DNA from: Armatimonadota bacterium
GTDB lineage: Bacteria; Armatimonadota; SYMT01
Assembly (NCBI GenBank): GCA_041690135.1
Contig: JAWLHY010000003.1
Coordinates: forward strand, 946,397 to 1,010,396
DNA: 64,000 bases
Direction of reading: 5' to 3'
Made by a program: the position numbers and the translations under genes. Of this stretch, positions 1-8,637 are shown in pieces (positions within the stretch are counted from its first letter, which is position 1; each line of letters starts with the position of its first letter). The notes under the pieces are model-generated. The model made no database searches, was not told the origin of the DNA, and saw nothing but the letters and a program-made list of their open reading frames with translations.

Positions 1-266
1 CGGTGATCGGGGACGTGGTAAACGTTGCCTCGCGCCTCGAAGGGATGAACAAGGACTTCGGCACCACCATCCTGATCAGCGACGCGACCCGCAGCTCGGC
101 CGGCGAGATCGTTCCGATGACCCACCGCGGCGTGGCGACGGTCCGTGGGCGCAAGGAGCCGATGCCGGTCTATTCGGTGGACAGCGCCACCTCCACCGGC
201 CGCCAGCGGACCGGGCGCACGGGCAGCGCCAGCTTCCAGGTGACGGACACCCAGTCCGGAGGTTAA
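1..266 (+). CDS. Adenylate/guanylate cyclase (class III) catalytic domain, 3' end only (truncated by window start)
   Basis: IGDVVNVASRLEG and VRGRKEPMPVY are the C-terminal motifs of class III nucleotide cyclases. Confidence 0.85.
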   Translation, partial: VIGDVVNVASRLEGMNKDFGTTILISDATRSSAGEIVPMTHRGVATVRGRKEPMPVYSVDSATSTGRQRTGRTGSASFQVTDTQSGG

Positions 267-546
267 CAGCAACCGCGGCAGGTGGAACGGGTGCGGGAAG
301 TGATAACGTGCCGGTTCCGCCTGCCGTTGCGTTTGCCGGGCGTGGGGTCGGCGCAAGAGCTACGTCCGTCCACCTGTCGTGAGTTGGGTGGGTGTCCAGG
401 GGTTGGTGGGACGTATCTGAACGGTTTTGACCACCCGCCACGAACCTGTTTCTCCACCCGGATCCGCGAGGTTTGCCGGAGTGACGGCGCTTGCGCGGCC
501 GTGTGATGGGAAAAAGTACCTGCTGAGTTGATTGCACGCACCCTTG

Positions 547-830
547 GGTAGGGGAACGGTCGCCGTCCCTTCCCCAGCGCATAGTTCCGCACCCATTGGC
601 CAACCATGCAGTGCCCCTGGCCTGCGGTGGCGCGGTGGCCCGTGCTGCATAACGGGATCATTGCCGATACGCCACGTGCGGCACTCGGACATAACGGCGG
701 TGCGTGGCGCGTGACGGTTGCGGAGGCAAGGTCCTGGTCGGCGACAGTCCTAACTCCGCCGGGTGTACGAGCCGACCCCTACCCACGCGCATATCGGCCG
801 ACTTCGTCACAGTGGCTTCACGGTCCCACA
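547..830. repeat. GTAG-tagged REP-like composite repeat, copy 1 (related to 22910-23180)
   Basis: 565-616 matches 23128-23179 at 45/52 nt; about 700-784 matches about 22912-22972; arms start GGTAGGGG and end CCCCTACC. Confidence 0.7.
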
Positions 831-1164
831 ACCGCGTACACCAACAGGGCACACCGGCCCGGTCCGCATATGCAATTTTGCATACGCTCATCAGCCCCAT
901 CGCAGGGCAAGCACGGCGGCTGCCCCTACACTTCGGGTCACCAGGGCATTGTGTCGCAGAGCCGCCACTGAAAATCCGCCCTCCTTATCCTCATCCTCAT
1001 CGCCACAGCCTCCATGGTTAGCGGGTCTCCGCTCCGGGTAACACCGGCTGAAGACGGCCTCCAGGCGCAAAGCCAGTGGGGGCGTAACCGAATCAGAGAT
1101 AACCCTCCGGCTACTGCCGGGGTTGTGTTTCCGAACCCTGTGGGGGGAGGTAAGGGAGAAAGCG

Positions 1165-1428
1165 ATGGGATTTCTTGCCTGGATCGTGGTTGGCTTGATT
1201 GCGGGCTGGCTCGCGAAGATGGTGGTTCCGGGTCGGGAGCCGGGTGGCTTCTTTGCCACGCTGGCCATCGGTGTCGTGGGCGCCATTCTCGGCGGGTGGA
1301 TCTGGAACCTCTTCGGCGGCGTGGGCGCCACCGGTATTAACCTGGGCAGTATCCTGGTAGCCTTCGTAGGGTCCGTGGTCCTGCTGTTGCTCTACCACGC
1401 GGTAGTTAGCCCCCGCAGCCGGGTATAA
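1165..1428 (+). CDS. GlsB/YeaQ/YmgE family (transglycosylase-associated) stress membrane protein
   Basis: MGFLAWIVVGLIAGWLAKMVVPG...GVVGAILGGWI pattern; SD-like GGAGG/AGGGAG upstream of ATG 1165. Confidence 0.9.
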   Translation: MGFLAWIVVGLIAGWLAKMVVPGREPGGFFATLAIGVVGAILGGWIWNLFGGVGATGINLGSILVAFVGSVVLLLLYHAVVSPRSRV

Positions 1429-1487
1429 GGGCTCCGGGTTCCGATGGAGAACCCCGAGGCAGGATCGGATAGACGGGAGGAGAGACG

Positions 1488-1793
1488 ATGGCCTCACAGA
1501 CGAAGACGACGACGAACCACGACGAGATCCGTCGCTGGGCGGAAGAGCGAGGCGGCTGTCCCGCGCGTGTGAAGGGTACGGGTGGTGGTGAGGACGCCGG
1601 GTTGATCCGCATCGACTTCCCGGGCTACACCGGCCAGCAGTCGCTGGAGCGGATCTCCTGGGAAGAGTTCTTCGAGAAGTTCGAGGAGAAGAAGCTCGCC
1701 CTGATCTACCGCGACGAGACGGCCTCCGGCGAGCCGAACCACTTCAACAAGCTCATCAGCCGCGAGACCGCCGAGGAGCGCAAAGCCGCCTGA
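1488..1793 (+). CDS. Conserved small hypothetical protein (TTDH-x-x-I-x-x-WAE type), probably general stress
   Basis: TTTNHDEIRRWAEERGG...LIRIDFPG...ISWEEFFEKFEE; GGAGGAG SD; host-like codon usage. Confidence 0.8.
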   Translation: MASQTKTTTNHDEIRRWAEERGGCPARVKGTGGGEDAGLIRIDFPGYTGQQSLERISWEEFFEKFEEKKLALIYRDETASGEPNHFNKLISRETAEERKAA

Positions 1794-1820
1794 GGGGCCA
1801 ACGTAACTTCCGGAAACCGA

Positions 1821-1858
1821 CAACGCGGGACCGCCCCAAGACGGGCGGCCCCGCGTTG
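1821..1858. terminator. GC-rich hairpin after the 1488-1793 gene
   Basis: CAACGCGGG-A-CCGCCC ... GGGCGG-C-CCCGCGTTG inverted repeat; no clear U-tract. Confidence 0.5.
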
Positions 1859-1900
1859 CTGCGTCAACCCAAACACCAAATGGCTTCTGCGTCACATCCA

Positions 1901-1930
1901 TTGCGCTGTCTCTCAGGGTTATGCTATGAT
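1901..1930 (+). promoter_or_regulatory. sigma70-type promoter of rplS
   Basis: TTGCGC (1901-1906), 18 nt spacer, extended -10 TGcTATGAT (1922-1930); SD AGGAGG at 1939-1944. Confidence 0.55.
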
Positions 1931-1953
1931 GGCGCCCTAGGAGGAACCGTCTA

Positions 1954-2310
1954 ATGAACTTGATCCAATCCATCGAGCAGGAGCAGCTCAAGGATAGCGT
2001 GCCGGACTTCCGCGCCGGAGATACCGTGCGGGTATATGTCAAGGTCATTGAGGGGGGCAAGGAACGGATCCAGCCGTTCGAGGGAGTCGTCATTACCAAG
2101 CGGAATGAAGGCCTGAAGTCCACCTTCACCGTCCGGAAGATTTCCCATGCCATCGGCGTCGAGCGCAGCTTCATGCTCCACTCCCCGCGCATCGACCGCG
2201 TAGAAGTCGTCCGCCACGGCGCCGTGCGCCGGGCCAAGCTGTACTACCTGCGCGAGAAGGTCGGCCGCGCCGCCCGCATCAAAGAAGACCGCAACCGCAA
2301 GTCGTCCTAA
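1954..2310 (+). CDS. rplS: 50S ribosomal protein L19
   Basis: [11 protein letters not shown]...[12 protein letters not shown]...FTVRKIS..GVER...[10 protein letters not shown]. Confidence 0.98.
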   Translation: MNLIQSIEQEQLKDSVPDFRAGDTVRVYVKVIEGGKERIQPFEGVVITKRNEGLKSTFTVRKISHAIGVERSFMLHSPRIDRVEVVRHGAVRRAKLYYLREKVGRAARIKEDRNRKSS

Positions 2311-2330
2311 CCCACCCGCCCCGACCCGCA

Positions 2331-2450
2331 GGGGAGCGAGTTTGTCCGTGCCGCCGGATTCCATTTGACGGTTCCGCGCATTGAGGCGACGTGGCGAAAG
2401 AACGTTCCCACTTCGATCGTGGCCTGTTCCCGGCTTGAACCTGGACAAAG
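2331..2450 (+). ncRNA. Candidate structured RNA or leader between rplS and lepB
   Basis: Nested pairings TTTGTCC/GGACAAA, GCCGG/CCGGC and CGA-c-GTGG/CCAC-t-TCG; followed by a terminator; family not identified. Confidence 0.3.
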
Positions 2451-2457
2451 CAGCGAG

Positions 2458-2496
2458 CGCGAGCCACCCGGTAGGGTGGCTCGCGTTGTTTTATTT
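2458..2496 (+). terminator. Intrinsic terminator just upstream of lepB
   Basis: 12-bp stem CGCGAGCCACCC-ggta-GGGTGGCTCGCG followed by TTGTTTTATTT. Confidence 0.8.
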
Positions 2497-2501
2497 GAAC
2501 C

Positions 2502-3530
2502 ATGGAGTGGCTCGCTAACCTCAGCGTGAAATGGGTGCTGGTGCTCGTGGGGCTGCTGCTCGTGGCCCGACGGCTGCTGCTGCGTCCGGCGGCGACCCGG
2601 AGCCTGGAACTGGGCGCCTCGCGGGAGTTCCTCGAGTCGGCGCTGGTGGCGTTGGTCGTCGTGTTCCTGATCGTCCGGCCGTTCGTCGCCCAGGCGTACT
2701 TCATCCCCTCGTCCAGCATGCATCCCACGCTGCGGGTATCGGATCGGATCGTGGTGAACAAGCTGGTGTACCGGTTCAAGCGACCGGAACCGGGCGAGAT
2801 CGTCGTATTCCAGCCCCCCGCCGACCGTGTCCCGGTACAGAAGGACTACATCAAGCGGGTCATCGGCCGGCCGGGGCAGACGGTGGAAGTCGTCCCGCAG
2901 CGCCTGCTGGTGGACGACCAGACCCTGCTCCGGATCACGCGCAAGCCGGCCTCCGATCTCCGGCTGGAGAACTACGATCCTGTGGCGGACATCGGGTTCA
3001 CCTATCCGATCGGCGGGGGGAGTGTCTCGCTTCAGGACGGAAGGGCCATCCTGACGAGTGGAGTGGTAACGGACCTGACGGTGGCGGCTTATCAACCGGG
3101 GGATCGCATCGAACACCAGGCGAACATGGTCCTCCTCAATAGCGAGCCGTTGATCGTCGTTCCGTTCGGGCCGATCACCGCCTCGGACGACCTCTCCCGC
3201 TGGGGAGGCGACCGCGACCTGGAGGGAACGGTCTTCTCCGTGGACGGCAACCCCCGGCTGATCCTGGTTAAGGGAAAAAAACTCTCGGTGGACGAGGGGC
3301 ATGTGCTGGCCGACGGCCGGCGCCTCGTGGAGCCGTACCTGGCGGAGCCCCCGGCCTACGCAATGGCGCCCCTGCGCCTGGGACCGGGAGAGTACTTCGT
3401 GATGGGGGACAACCGGAATGAAAGCTCCGACAGCCACGAGTGGGGCCCGCTTCCCGAGGACCACATCATCGGCCGCGCGGAGTTGATCTTCTGGCCGCGC
3501 TTCCGCTGGATTCATACTCGAAAGCCCTGA
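2502..3530 (+). CDS. lepB: Signal peptidase I (S26) with a large insertion
   Basis: IPSSSMHPTL (catalytic Ser), KDYIKRVIG (catalytic Lys), GDNRNESSDS; N-terminal TM helices; rplS-lepB-rnhB synteny. Confidence 0.93.
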   Translation: MEWLANLSVKWVLVLVGLLLVARRLLLRPAATRSLELGASREFLESALVALVVVFLIVRPFVAQAYFIPSSSMHPTLRVSDRIVVNKLVYRFKRPEPGEIVVFQPPADRVPVQKDYIKRVIGRPGQTVEVVPQRLLVDDQTLLRITRKPASDLRLENYDPVADIGFTYPIGGGSVSLQDGRAILTSGVVTDLTVAAYQPGDRIEHQANMVLLNSEPLIVVPFGPITASDDLSRWGGDRDLEGTVFSVDGNPRLILVKGKKLSVDEGHVLADGRRLVEPYLAEPPAYAMAPLRLGPGEYFVMGDNRNESSDSHEWGPLPEDHIIGRAELIFWPRFRWIHTRKP

Positions 3531-3531
3531 C

Positions 3532-4263
3532 ATGCCGCGCCGTGCCGCTTCCTCACCCCGACTCGACCTGTCTTTCTCGGAATGCGCTCCCGACTGGGAG
3601 TGGGAGTTCCGGCTACGCACGGAAGGCTGGAAGATCATCGCCGGCGTGGACGAGGCCGGACGGGGACCGCTCGCCGGTCCCGTCGTGGCGGCGGCGGTCG
3701 TCCTGCCTCACCCGTTGGAACTGGAAGGCCTCCGCGACTCCAAGTGCCTGAAAGAGGCGCAGCGAGACCGGCTGTACGCCTCTATCGTGGGTGCGGCGGA
3801 GTGCTGGGCGGTGGCGGCGGTGGAGCCGGACGAGATCGACCGGGTCAACATCCTGCGGGCGACGCACCTGGCCATGGCGCGGGCCCTCGCACAACTTGCA
3901 AATTCACCATGCGGGGCCCTGGTGGACGGCCTGCCGGTGCGGGGGCTCCCCTGCCCACACCGGGCGATCGTCAAGGGGGACGCCTGCTGCATGTCCATCG
4001 CCGCGGCCTCCATCCTGGCAAAGGTCACCCGGGACCGCCTGATGACCGCGCTGGACGAGCAGTATCCCGGCTACGGCTTCGCCCGTCACAAGGGCTATCC
4101 CACTCCCGATCACCTGGCCGCCCTGCGCGAATTGGGTCCGTCGCCCTGCCATCGTCGGTCCTTCCGGCCGGTGGCGGAGCTGATTGACCTTGCCGGCTCG
4201 GGTTCCGCATTGCCGGAGAATGCGAAGGCAGGATTCGGCGACGCTCTTTTCGATGGGACGTAG
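3532..4263 (+). CDS. rnhB: Ribonuclease HII
   Basis: AGVDEAGRGPLAGPVVAAAV, LRDSK, KGDA..SIAAASILAKVTRD, HKGYPT, HRRSF. Confidence 0.97.
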   Translation: MPRRAASSPRLDLSFSECAPDWEWEFRLRTEGWKIIAGVDEAGRGPLAGPVVAAAVVLPHPLELEGLRDSKCLKEAQRDRLYASIVGAAECWAVAAVEPDEIDRVNILRATHLAMARALAQLANSPCGALVDGLPVRGLPCPHRAIVKGDACCMSIAAASILAKVTRDRLMTALDEQYPGYGFARHKGYPTPDHLAALRELGPSPCHRRSFRPVAELIDLAGSGSALPENAKAGFGDALFDGT

Positions 4264-4350
4264 TCAGCGGATATCCCGCCAGATTAATCGGTTCACCGTG
4301 TCCGGCGCAGAGATTCCCCTACGGCAAGACAGGTAGGAGAACGAGACAGA

Positions 4351-4668
4351 GCAGGCATCGGAGAGCCTGCCCTACACGGGCCGCTCTCTGCACCTTCACG
4401 GTTATCCAGACGCTTGCGCGTGTACAAAGTCGGGACCTGCAGGTTGGGGTAGGTTCGTGGAGTGTAGGGCCGGAACTCCGCCCCGGCCTGGAGATGGATT
4501 CGGTATCGGTCACGCCGGCCGGCGCACGAGACCGAGTACGCGCCAATCGAGAGGCTCGGGTCCAGGGCAAAGCCACAGCGCCCAGTTCCCGAGATCCTGC
4601 CTTTGAGTTCACACGGCGGGACGGGTGCAAACGCAAGACACGGCAGGCATCGGAGAGCCCGCCCTACA
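4351..4668. repeat. Cluster of GTAG-type REP-like palindromes
   Basis: GCAGGCATCGGAGAGCC(T/C)GCCCTACA at 4351-4376 and 4643-4668 (25/26 identical); opposed GTAGGGCCGG...CCGGCC at 4464-4488. Confidence 0.7.
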
Positions 4669-4775
4669 TCGGTGCGTGCCCACAAGGAGTTCCCTTCGGC
4701 AAGATCAGCGACACGATGCTCTTCTTTTGCCAACTGTGGGCATGACCATCGGAACTCTCGCAAACAAGTGATCCA

Positions 4776-5216
4776 TCAACGTCCCGCCTGGCTCAGGGCG
4801 AAAACGGTTGCAGCCAGGATGATGGCGCCGATCACGAGGGCCGCGACGTTGAGGCCCAGGCCGACCAGGGTCATCGTGCGGTTTGGGAGCTCCGGGCGCT
4901 GCCGGTGCTGTTTGAGGGCGCTGACCCCCGCCACGATCCCTCCGATGGCGAAGGGGATCCCGACGCAGATCCAGCTCGTCAGGAAGGCGGCGATCCCCAC
5001 CCCCAGCGTGATCCCCGGCAGGGTGAATTGACGCTGGCTGACCTGGAGCGCGCCGCGGGTGTAAAGGAGATCGAAGCAGCGCGGGCAGTAGAGCCGACCC
5101 TCGACCGGGGTGACGCAGAGCCCGCACATGAAGTCGCCGCATCGCTCGCAGAGGTGGCCGGCGGGGTTGCCGGCATGGTAGGCGCAGGGGGCGGAGTGGA
5201 GTTCCGGCTCACTCAT
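4776..5216 (-). CDS. B-box-like Zn finger plus DUF4190-like membrane protein
   Basis: C-x2-H...CERC...CGLC...CPRC followed by hydrophobic helices; ATG 5216 overlaps the upstream stop (ATGA). Confidence 0.75.
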   Translation of the reverse strand: MSEPELHSAPCAYHAGNPAGHLCERCGDFMCGLCVTPVEGRLYCPRCFDLLYTRGALQVSQRQFTLPGITLGVGIAAFLTSWICVGIPFAIGGIVAGVSALKQHRQRPELPNRTMTLVGLGLNVAALVIGAIILAATVFALSQAGR

Positions 5217-5620
5217 AACACCCCCAGCCGGAACAGGACGATGGCGATGACGGAGAGCGTCCAGGGCAGGAGGGTTCCCACGGAAGTCACAATTCCCGCC
5301 AGTGCGAGGGACCGTCCGCCCCAGTGGCCTTCCAGTTCGATCTCTCGCAAGACCTTGTTGCCCAGGTAGATCCCCAGGGCGCCGGTCACCGGCACCAGAA
5401 CGCCGCACAGGAGGTAGCCGAAGAGGGGAGTCAGGAGCGACCAGATGGCCATGGGATGCTGCCGTTTCCGCTCCATCACCCCGGCCACTGCCCCCTGCTT
5501 GCAGGCAAGGCAGAGGTGCCGGCCCATGATCTCGACCCGGCAGAGCTCGCAGAACGGCTGGCCGCAGCCCTCGCACGGTTGGGCATCGGCGGCATAGGGA
5601 TGGTTCGTGCAGGATTGCAT
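5213..5620 (-). CDS. B-box-like Zn finger plus DUF4190-like membrane protein (same architecture as 4776-5216)
   Basis: CTNHP...CEGC...CELC...CLAC; MAIWSL...GIYLG...GRSLALAGIV DUF4190-like pattern. Confidence 0.78.
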   Translation of the reverse strand: MQSCTNHPYAADAQPCEGCGQPFCELCRVEIMGRHLCLACKQGAVAGVMERKRQHPMAIWSLLTPLFGYLLCGVLVPVTGALGIYLGNKVLREIELEGHWGGRSLALAGIVTSVGTLLPWTLSVIAIVLFRLGVL

Positions 5621-5630
5621 GGCGAGCAGG

Positions 5631-6059
5631 TTACCAGGGTGAAACGAAGTCCGGATGTAGATAGAGCCAGAGCATCCGGCCCAGCCCATAAACGACGGTG
5701 GCGACAAGGAGCGCGCACACACCGTAGTTCACCATCCGGCTCCGTTCTTCCGCCCACCGTGCCAGCTTCTCCTTCCGCTCTCCCGGTAGCCATCCAACGA
5801 GAGTGAGCGGCACCAACAAAACGAACAGTACGGCTCCCACCGGGTGGTAGAACACGGCCTTACTCACGTCCAGGTGGGCCATTCCGATGAAGCTGCGAGT
5901 CATCCCGCAGCCGAAGCACGGCAGTCCCGTCAGGGTCTTGAACTGGCAGAGGGGAATGCCAAAGCCGTCCGCCGGCAGCGCCCACGCGAGGACGAGGACG
6001 GCCAGGCACGCGATGGATGCCAGTCTGGATCGGATTATGCGGGCGAGGAGGTCACCCAT
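5631..6059 (-). CDS. DUF2752 family membrane protein
   Basis: LCQFKTLTGLPCFGCGMTRS...A..YHP signature. Confidence 0.85.
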   Translation of the reverse strand: MGDLLARIIRSRLASIACLAVLVLAWALPADGFGIPLCQFKTLTGLPCFGCGMTRSFIGMAHLDVSKAVFYHPVGAVLFVLLVPLTLVGWLPGERKEKLARWAEERSRMVNYGVCALLVATVVYGLGRMLWLYLHPDFVSPW

Positions 6060-6065
6060 TGCGGC

Positions 6066-6190
6066 TGGTGGAGGGTGGAGAGGGGAGGGGGGAGGGCTTC
6101 CAGTGGAGGGGGGAGGGTTTCCAGTGGAGGGTAGAGGGTTTCCGGTAGAGGGAGGAGCGGGGAGGGGTGAGGGGGAGGGGTGCGGCGGCA
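6066..6190. repeat. G-rich heptamer-based array including three 21-nt units
   Basis: GGAGGG(T/G) units and GAGGG(C/T)TTCC(A/G)GT(G/A)GAGGG x3 immediately upstream of the DUF2752 start. Confidence 0.7.
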
Positions 6191-6654
6191 GGGAGAATAC
6201 GCAAGCACAGGGATGACGGGTGAAAAGCCTCCTGGAACCCACGTGGAACGAACCCGCCCGCGACGGGTACGCAGGATTCAGGGCCTGTACGTTCTACGAT
6301 GCGAACTATCTGGCAAGGACCTCCGTGCCGGCGCATGCCTTCACTTTACCTTTCCAGATCGGTGCGGCGACGGCACCAGCGGGCACTGTCATTCATCATT
6401 CGCGTTAGCATCCGGCAAATCTGCTCGTAGGTCATCGGAAGGCGCGTATATCCGGGGTGAAGCCGCGTGGCACACTGGGTTGCGACAGGCTGGTCCCGGC
6501 TCTAGCAATGACTACGGTGTTGCACACCCTCATCTCCTTCAGGACAGGGCAACCTGAGCCGATGCCCCTACAGAACGGGCTGCCGGGCGGGTACTGACCG
6601 TGAAGTTGATGCGCATGTCTCTCATCCTTCTCTCTCGTCGTCCCACCGGCCGTC

Positions 6655-7470
6655 TCACCTTACTACCGGCACACCACCCCCTTTTACTCTTAACCCACTT
6701 TCCGCTTCCGAGAGGGCGACGGCGGTGATGTTCTGGACGAACTTCTCTTCGCTCAGGAACTCTTCGCGGTGGACGTCCAGGCGTTGTTCCAGGTATTCAG
6801 CCGCGTCGCGGAAGAGGGCTTGGCGGGCTTCGAACTCCAGTTCATTGCGGCGGAGGCAGAGTTGGAGCAGGGTCTCGCGTTCTTCCATGGTGAGGCGGGA
6901 ACGGATACGGGCGCGGAGGGAGGGGTCTTCCTGCAGGCTGTTGTACTTATCAGAGGGCGCGATAACGGCGCTCGGCATCACGCGCTTCCGGGTGCGCACC
7001 ACGAGCGTTCCCGCCGCCCAGTCGCCGAGGCGCTTTTGCCGCGGATTGGCCAGCGCGACCACCCCACCCAGCGCGTAGAAGCCGATCCCGATGAAGTCGA
7101 TGGAGAACGCGGGCATCATGTCCGCGATCCGCATCAGGTTGCGGACGAACGATTGGAAGAGGTCGACGTTGATGCCCCGGTCGTCGATGACGCGGAGGTC
7201 CATCACCCGCTTGCCCGGGGTCTGGCCGGTCCACTTCCACTCGAAATAGGTGAAGTAGCCGAAGTAGATGACGAAAGACGCGAGCAGGCCGATTGCCGCT
7301 GTGAGGATGATGAGCATGCCCGTGGAGAGCACGATCAGCCAGACTACCAGAAGCAGCGCTAGAATGATGAGATGATCGAGGGCGACCGCGAGCATGCGGC
7401 TGCCCAGCCCGGCCAGCTCATAGACGAATTCGACGCTCTCCGGCGTCAGGACGCGGTGCTCGTTCTTCAT
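6655..7470 (-). CDS. RDD family membrane protein
   Basis: TPESVEFVYELAGLGSRMLAVALD, GQTPGKRVMDLRVI, RNLMRIAD, QKRLGDWAAGTLVV. Confidence 0.92.
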   Translation of the reverse strand: MKNEHRVLTPESVEFVYELAGLGSRMLAVALDHLIILALLLVVWLIVLSTGMLIILTAAIGLLASFVIYFGYFTYFEWKWTGQTPGKRVMDLRVIDDRGINVDLFQSFVRNLMRIADMMPAFSIDFIGIGFYALGGVVALANPRQKRLGDWAAGTLVVRTRKRVMPSAVIAPSDKYNSLQEDPSLRARIRSRLTMEERETLLQLCLRRNELEFEARQALFRDAAEYLEQRLDVHREEFLSEEKFVQNITAVALSEAESGLRVKGGGVPVVR

Positions 7471-7503
7471 TCAGGGGTTCTCGAGGCCTGCTCCGGCGAC
7501 CCC

Positions 7504-7556
7504 AGCCGCGGGTCAAAACCCGTGGCTGACTGACCGAAGTCCGCCGTCGCGGACTC
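7504..7556. repeat. Two-hairpin REP-like element related to 43081-43131 and 44951-45001
   Basis: AGCCGCGGGT-caaa-ACCCGTGGCT hairpin followed by GAAGTCCGC-cgtc-GCGGACTC. Confidence 0.55.
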
Positions 7557-7575
7557 TTTTTCGTGGTATAGACTT

Positions 7576-8637
7576 ATGCCAGCCGCTCGGCCCACCGATA
7601 TCAATTCCTTCCTGAACCGGCGGCAGCCGAACTGGAGGCGCCTGGAAGCACTTCTCCAACGCGTGGAGGAAGAAGGGCTCAAGTCGCTCTCCACAGCGGA
7701 GGTGCGCGAGTTCGGGATTCTCTACCGGCGGGCCTCGTCGGACCTGGTGACCGCGCGGGCGAAGACGACCAACGCGGACCTGCTCCAGTATCTCAACGAC
7801 CTGGTGGCCCGCGCGTACTCGCAGGTCTACCGTTCCCGGCGGTTCCAACCCAGAGATATCCTAACGTTTCTCTGGATCGACTTCCCGCGCCTCTTTCGGC
7901 ATGCGGGAAAATACGTAGCGCTGGCGACCCTGATCTCCCTTGCCTCGATGGCGTTCGGATGGGAGATGAACCGGCGCGACCCGGCCGGCGCCTACTACAT
8001 GCTGCCACCGGCGATGGTGAAGCAGATCCCCACGATGCGCCAGGTCTGGAGCAAGCGCACCGGTCACGACAGCAACACCCTGCCCGTAACCGCCATGCCG
8101 GCCCTCAGCGCCTTCCTGATGACCCACAACATCGGTGTCGGCCTCACGGCGTTTGCGGGCGGCGTGTTCTTCGGCACCGGATCGCTCTGGGCGATGGTCC
8201 AGAACGGCATGATGCTGGGGATCCTCGGGGAGGCGATGACGCGGCCGGAGACGGCGGTGGTCTTCTGGTCCATGATCCTGCCGCACGGCATCATCGAGCT
8301 GTCCGCCATCTTCATCATGGGTGGGGCCGGCTTCCTGATCGCGAGCGCCCTGCTGGCCCCCGGTAACCGCACCCGCCTGGATGCCCTCGTCGAGCGGGGG
8401 AGACTGGCAGTGCTCCTCGCCGCGGGGGGAGCGGCCATGCTGGTGATCGCCGGTCTGATCGAGGCGTTCATCACCCCGCCTGCCATCTTTCCCCCGTGGG
8501 CGAAGCTGATCTTCGCCGCCGTGACGCTGCTGGCGGAGATTCTCTTCTTCACCCGCGCCGGCCGCGGTCCCCAGCCGGGACTGCTGAAAGAACTGGCGGC
8601 GTACAGTCCGGATCAGAAAGAGCTGGCTCGCCTCTGA
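7576..8637 (+). CDS. SpoIIM / DUF95 family membrane protein
   Basis: W..LE.L...LYRRASSDL..AR, YLNDLVARAY, THNIGV, ILPHGIIELSAI, AGLIEAFITP; divergent from RDD, a typical pairing. Confidence 0.9.
   Translation: MPAARPTDINSFLNRRQPNWRRLEALLQRVEEEGLKSLSTAEVREFGILYRRASSDLVTARAKTTNADLLQYLNDLVARAYSQVYRSRRFQPRDILTFLWIDFPRLFRHAGKYVALATLISLASMAFGWEMNRRDPAGAYYMLPPAMVKQIPTMRQVWSKRTGHDSNTLPVTAMPALSAFLMTHNIGVGLTAFAGGVFFGTGSLWAMVQNGMMLGILGEAMTRPETAVVFWSMILPHGIIELSAIFIMGGAGFLIASALLAPGNRTRLDALVERGRLAVLLAAGGAAMLVIAGLIEAFITPPAIFPPWAKLIFAAVTLLAEILFFTRAGRGPQPGLLKELAAYSPDQKELARL

Noticed and set aside
267-1110. Short ORFs in the first intergenic region, and similarly at 4290-4770, 6200-6600 and 22780-23400
   Set aside because: They overlap REP-like repeats, lack SD and codon bias, and have no recognisable domains.
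2307-3638. Long antisense or alternative-frame ORFs (also 24237-25904, 38043-39611, 45769-47628, 53966-55723 and others)
   Set aside because: They are shadow ORFs of well-supported genes, expected from high-GC codon bias, with no motifs.
7576-8637. Evidence of sporulation from the SpoIIM label
   Set aside because: The RDD-linked DUF95 subtype is widespread in non-sporulating bacteria.
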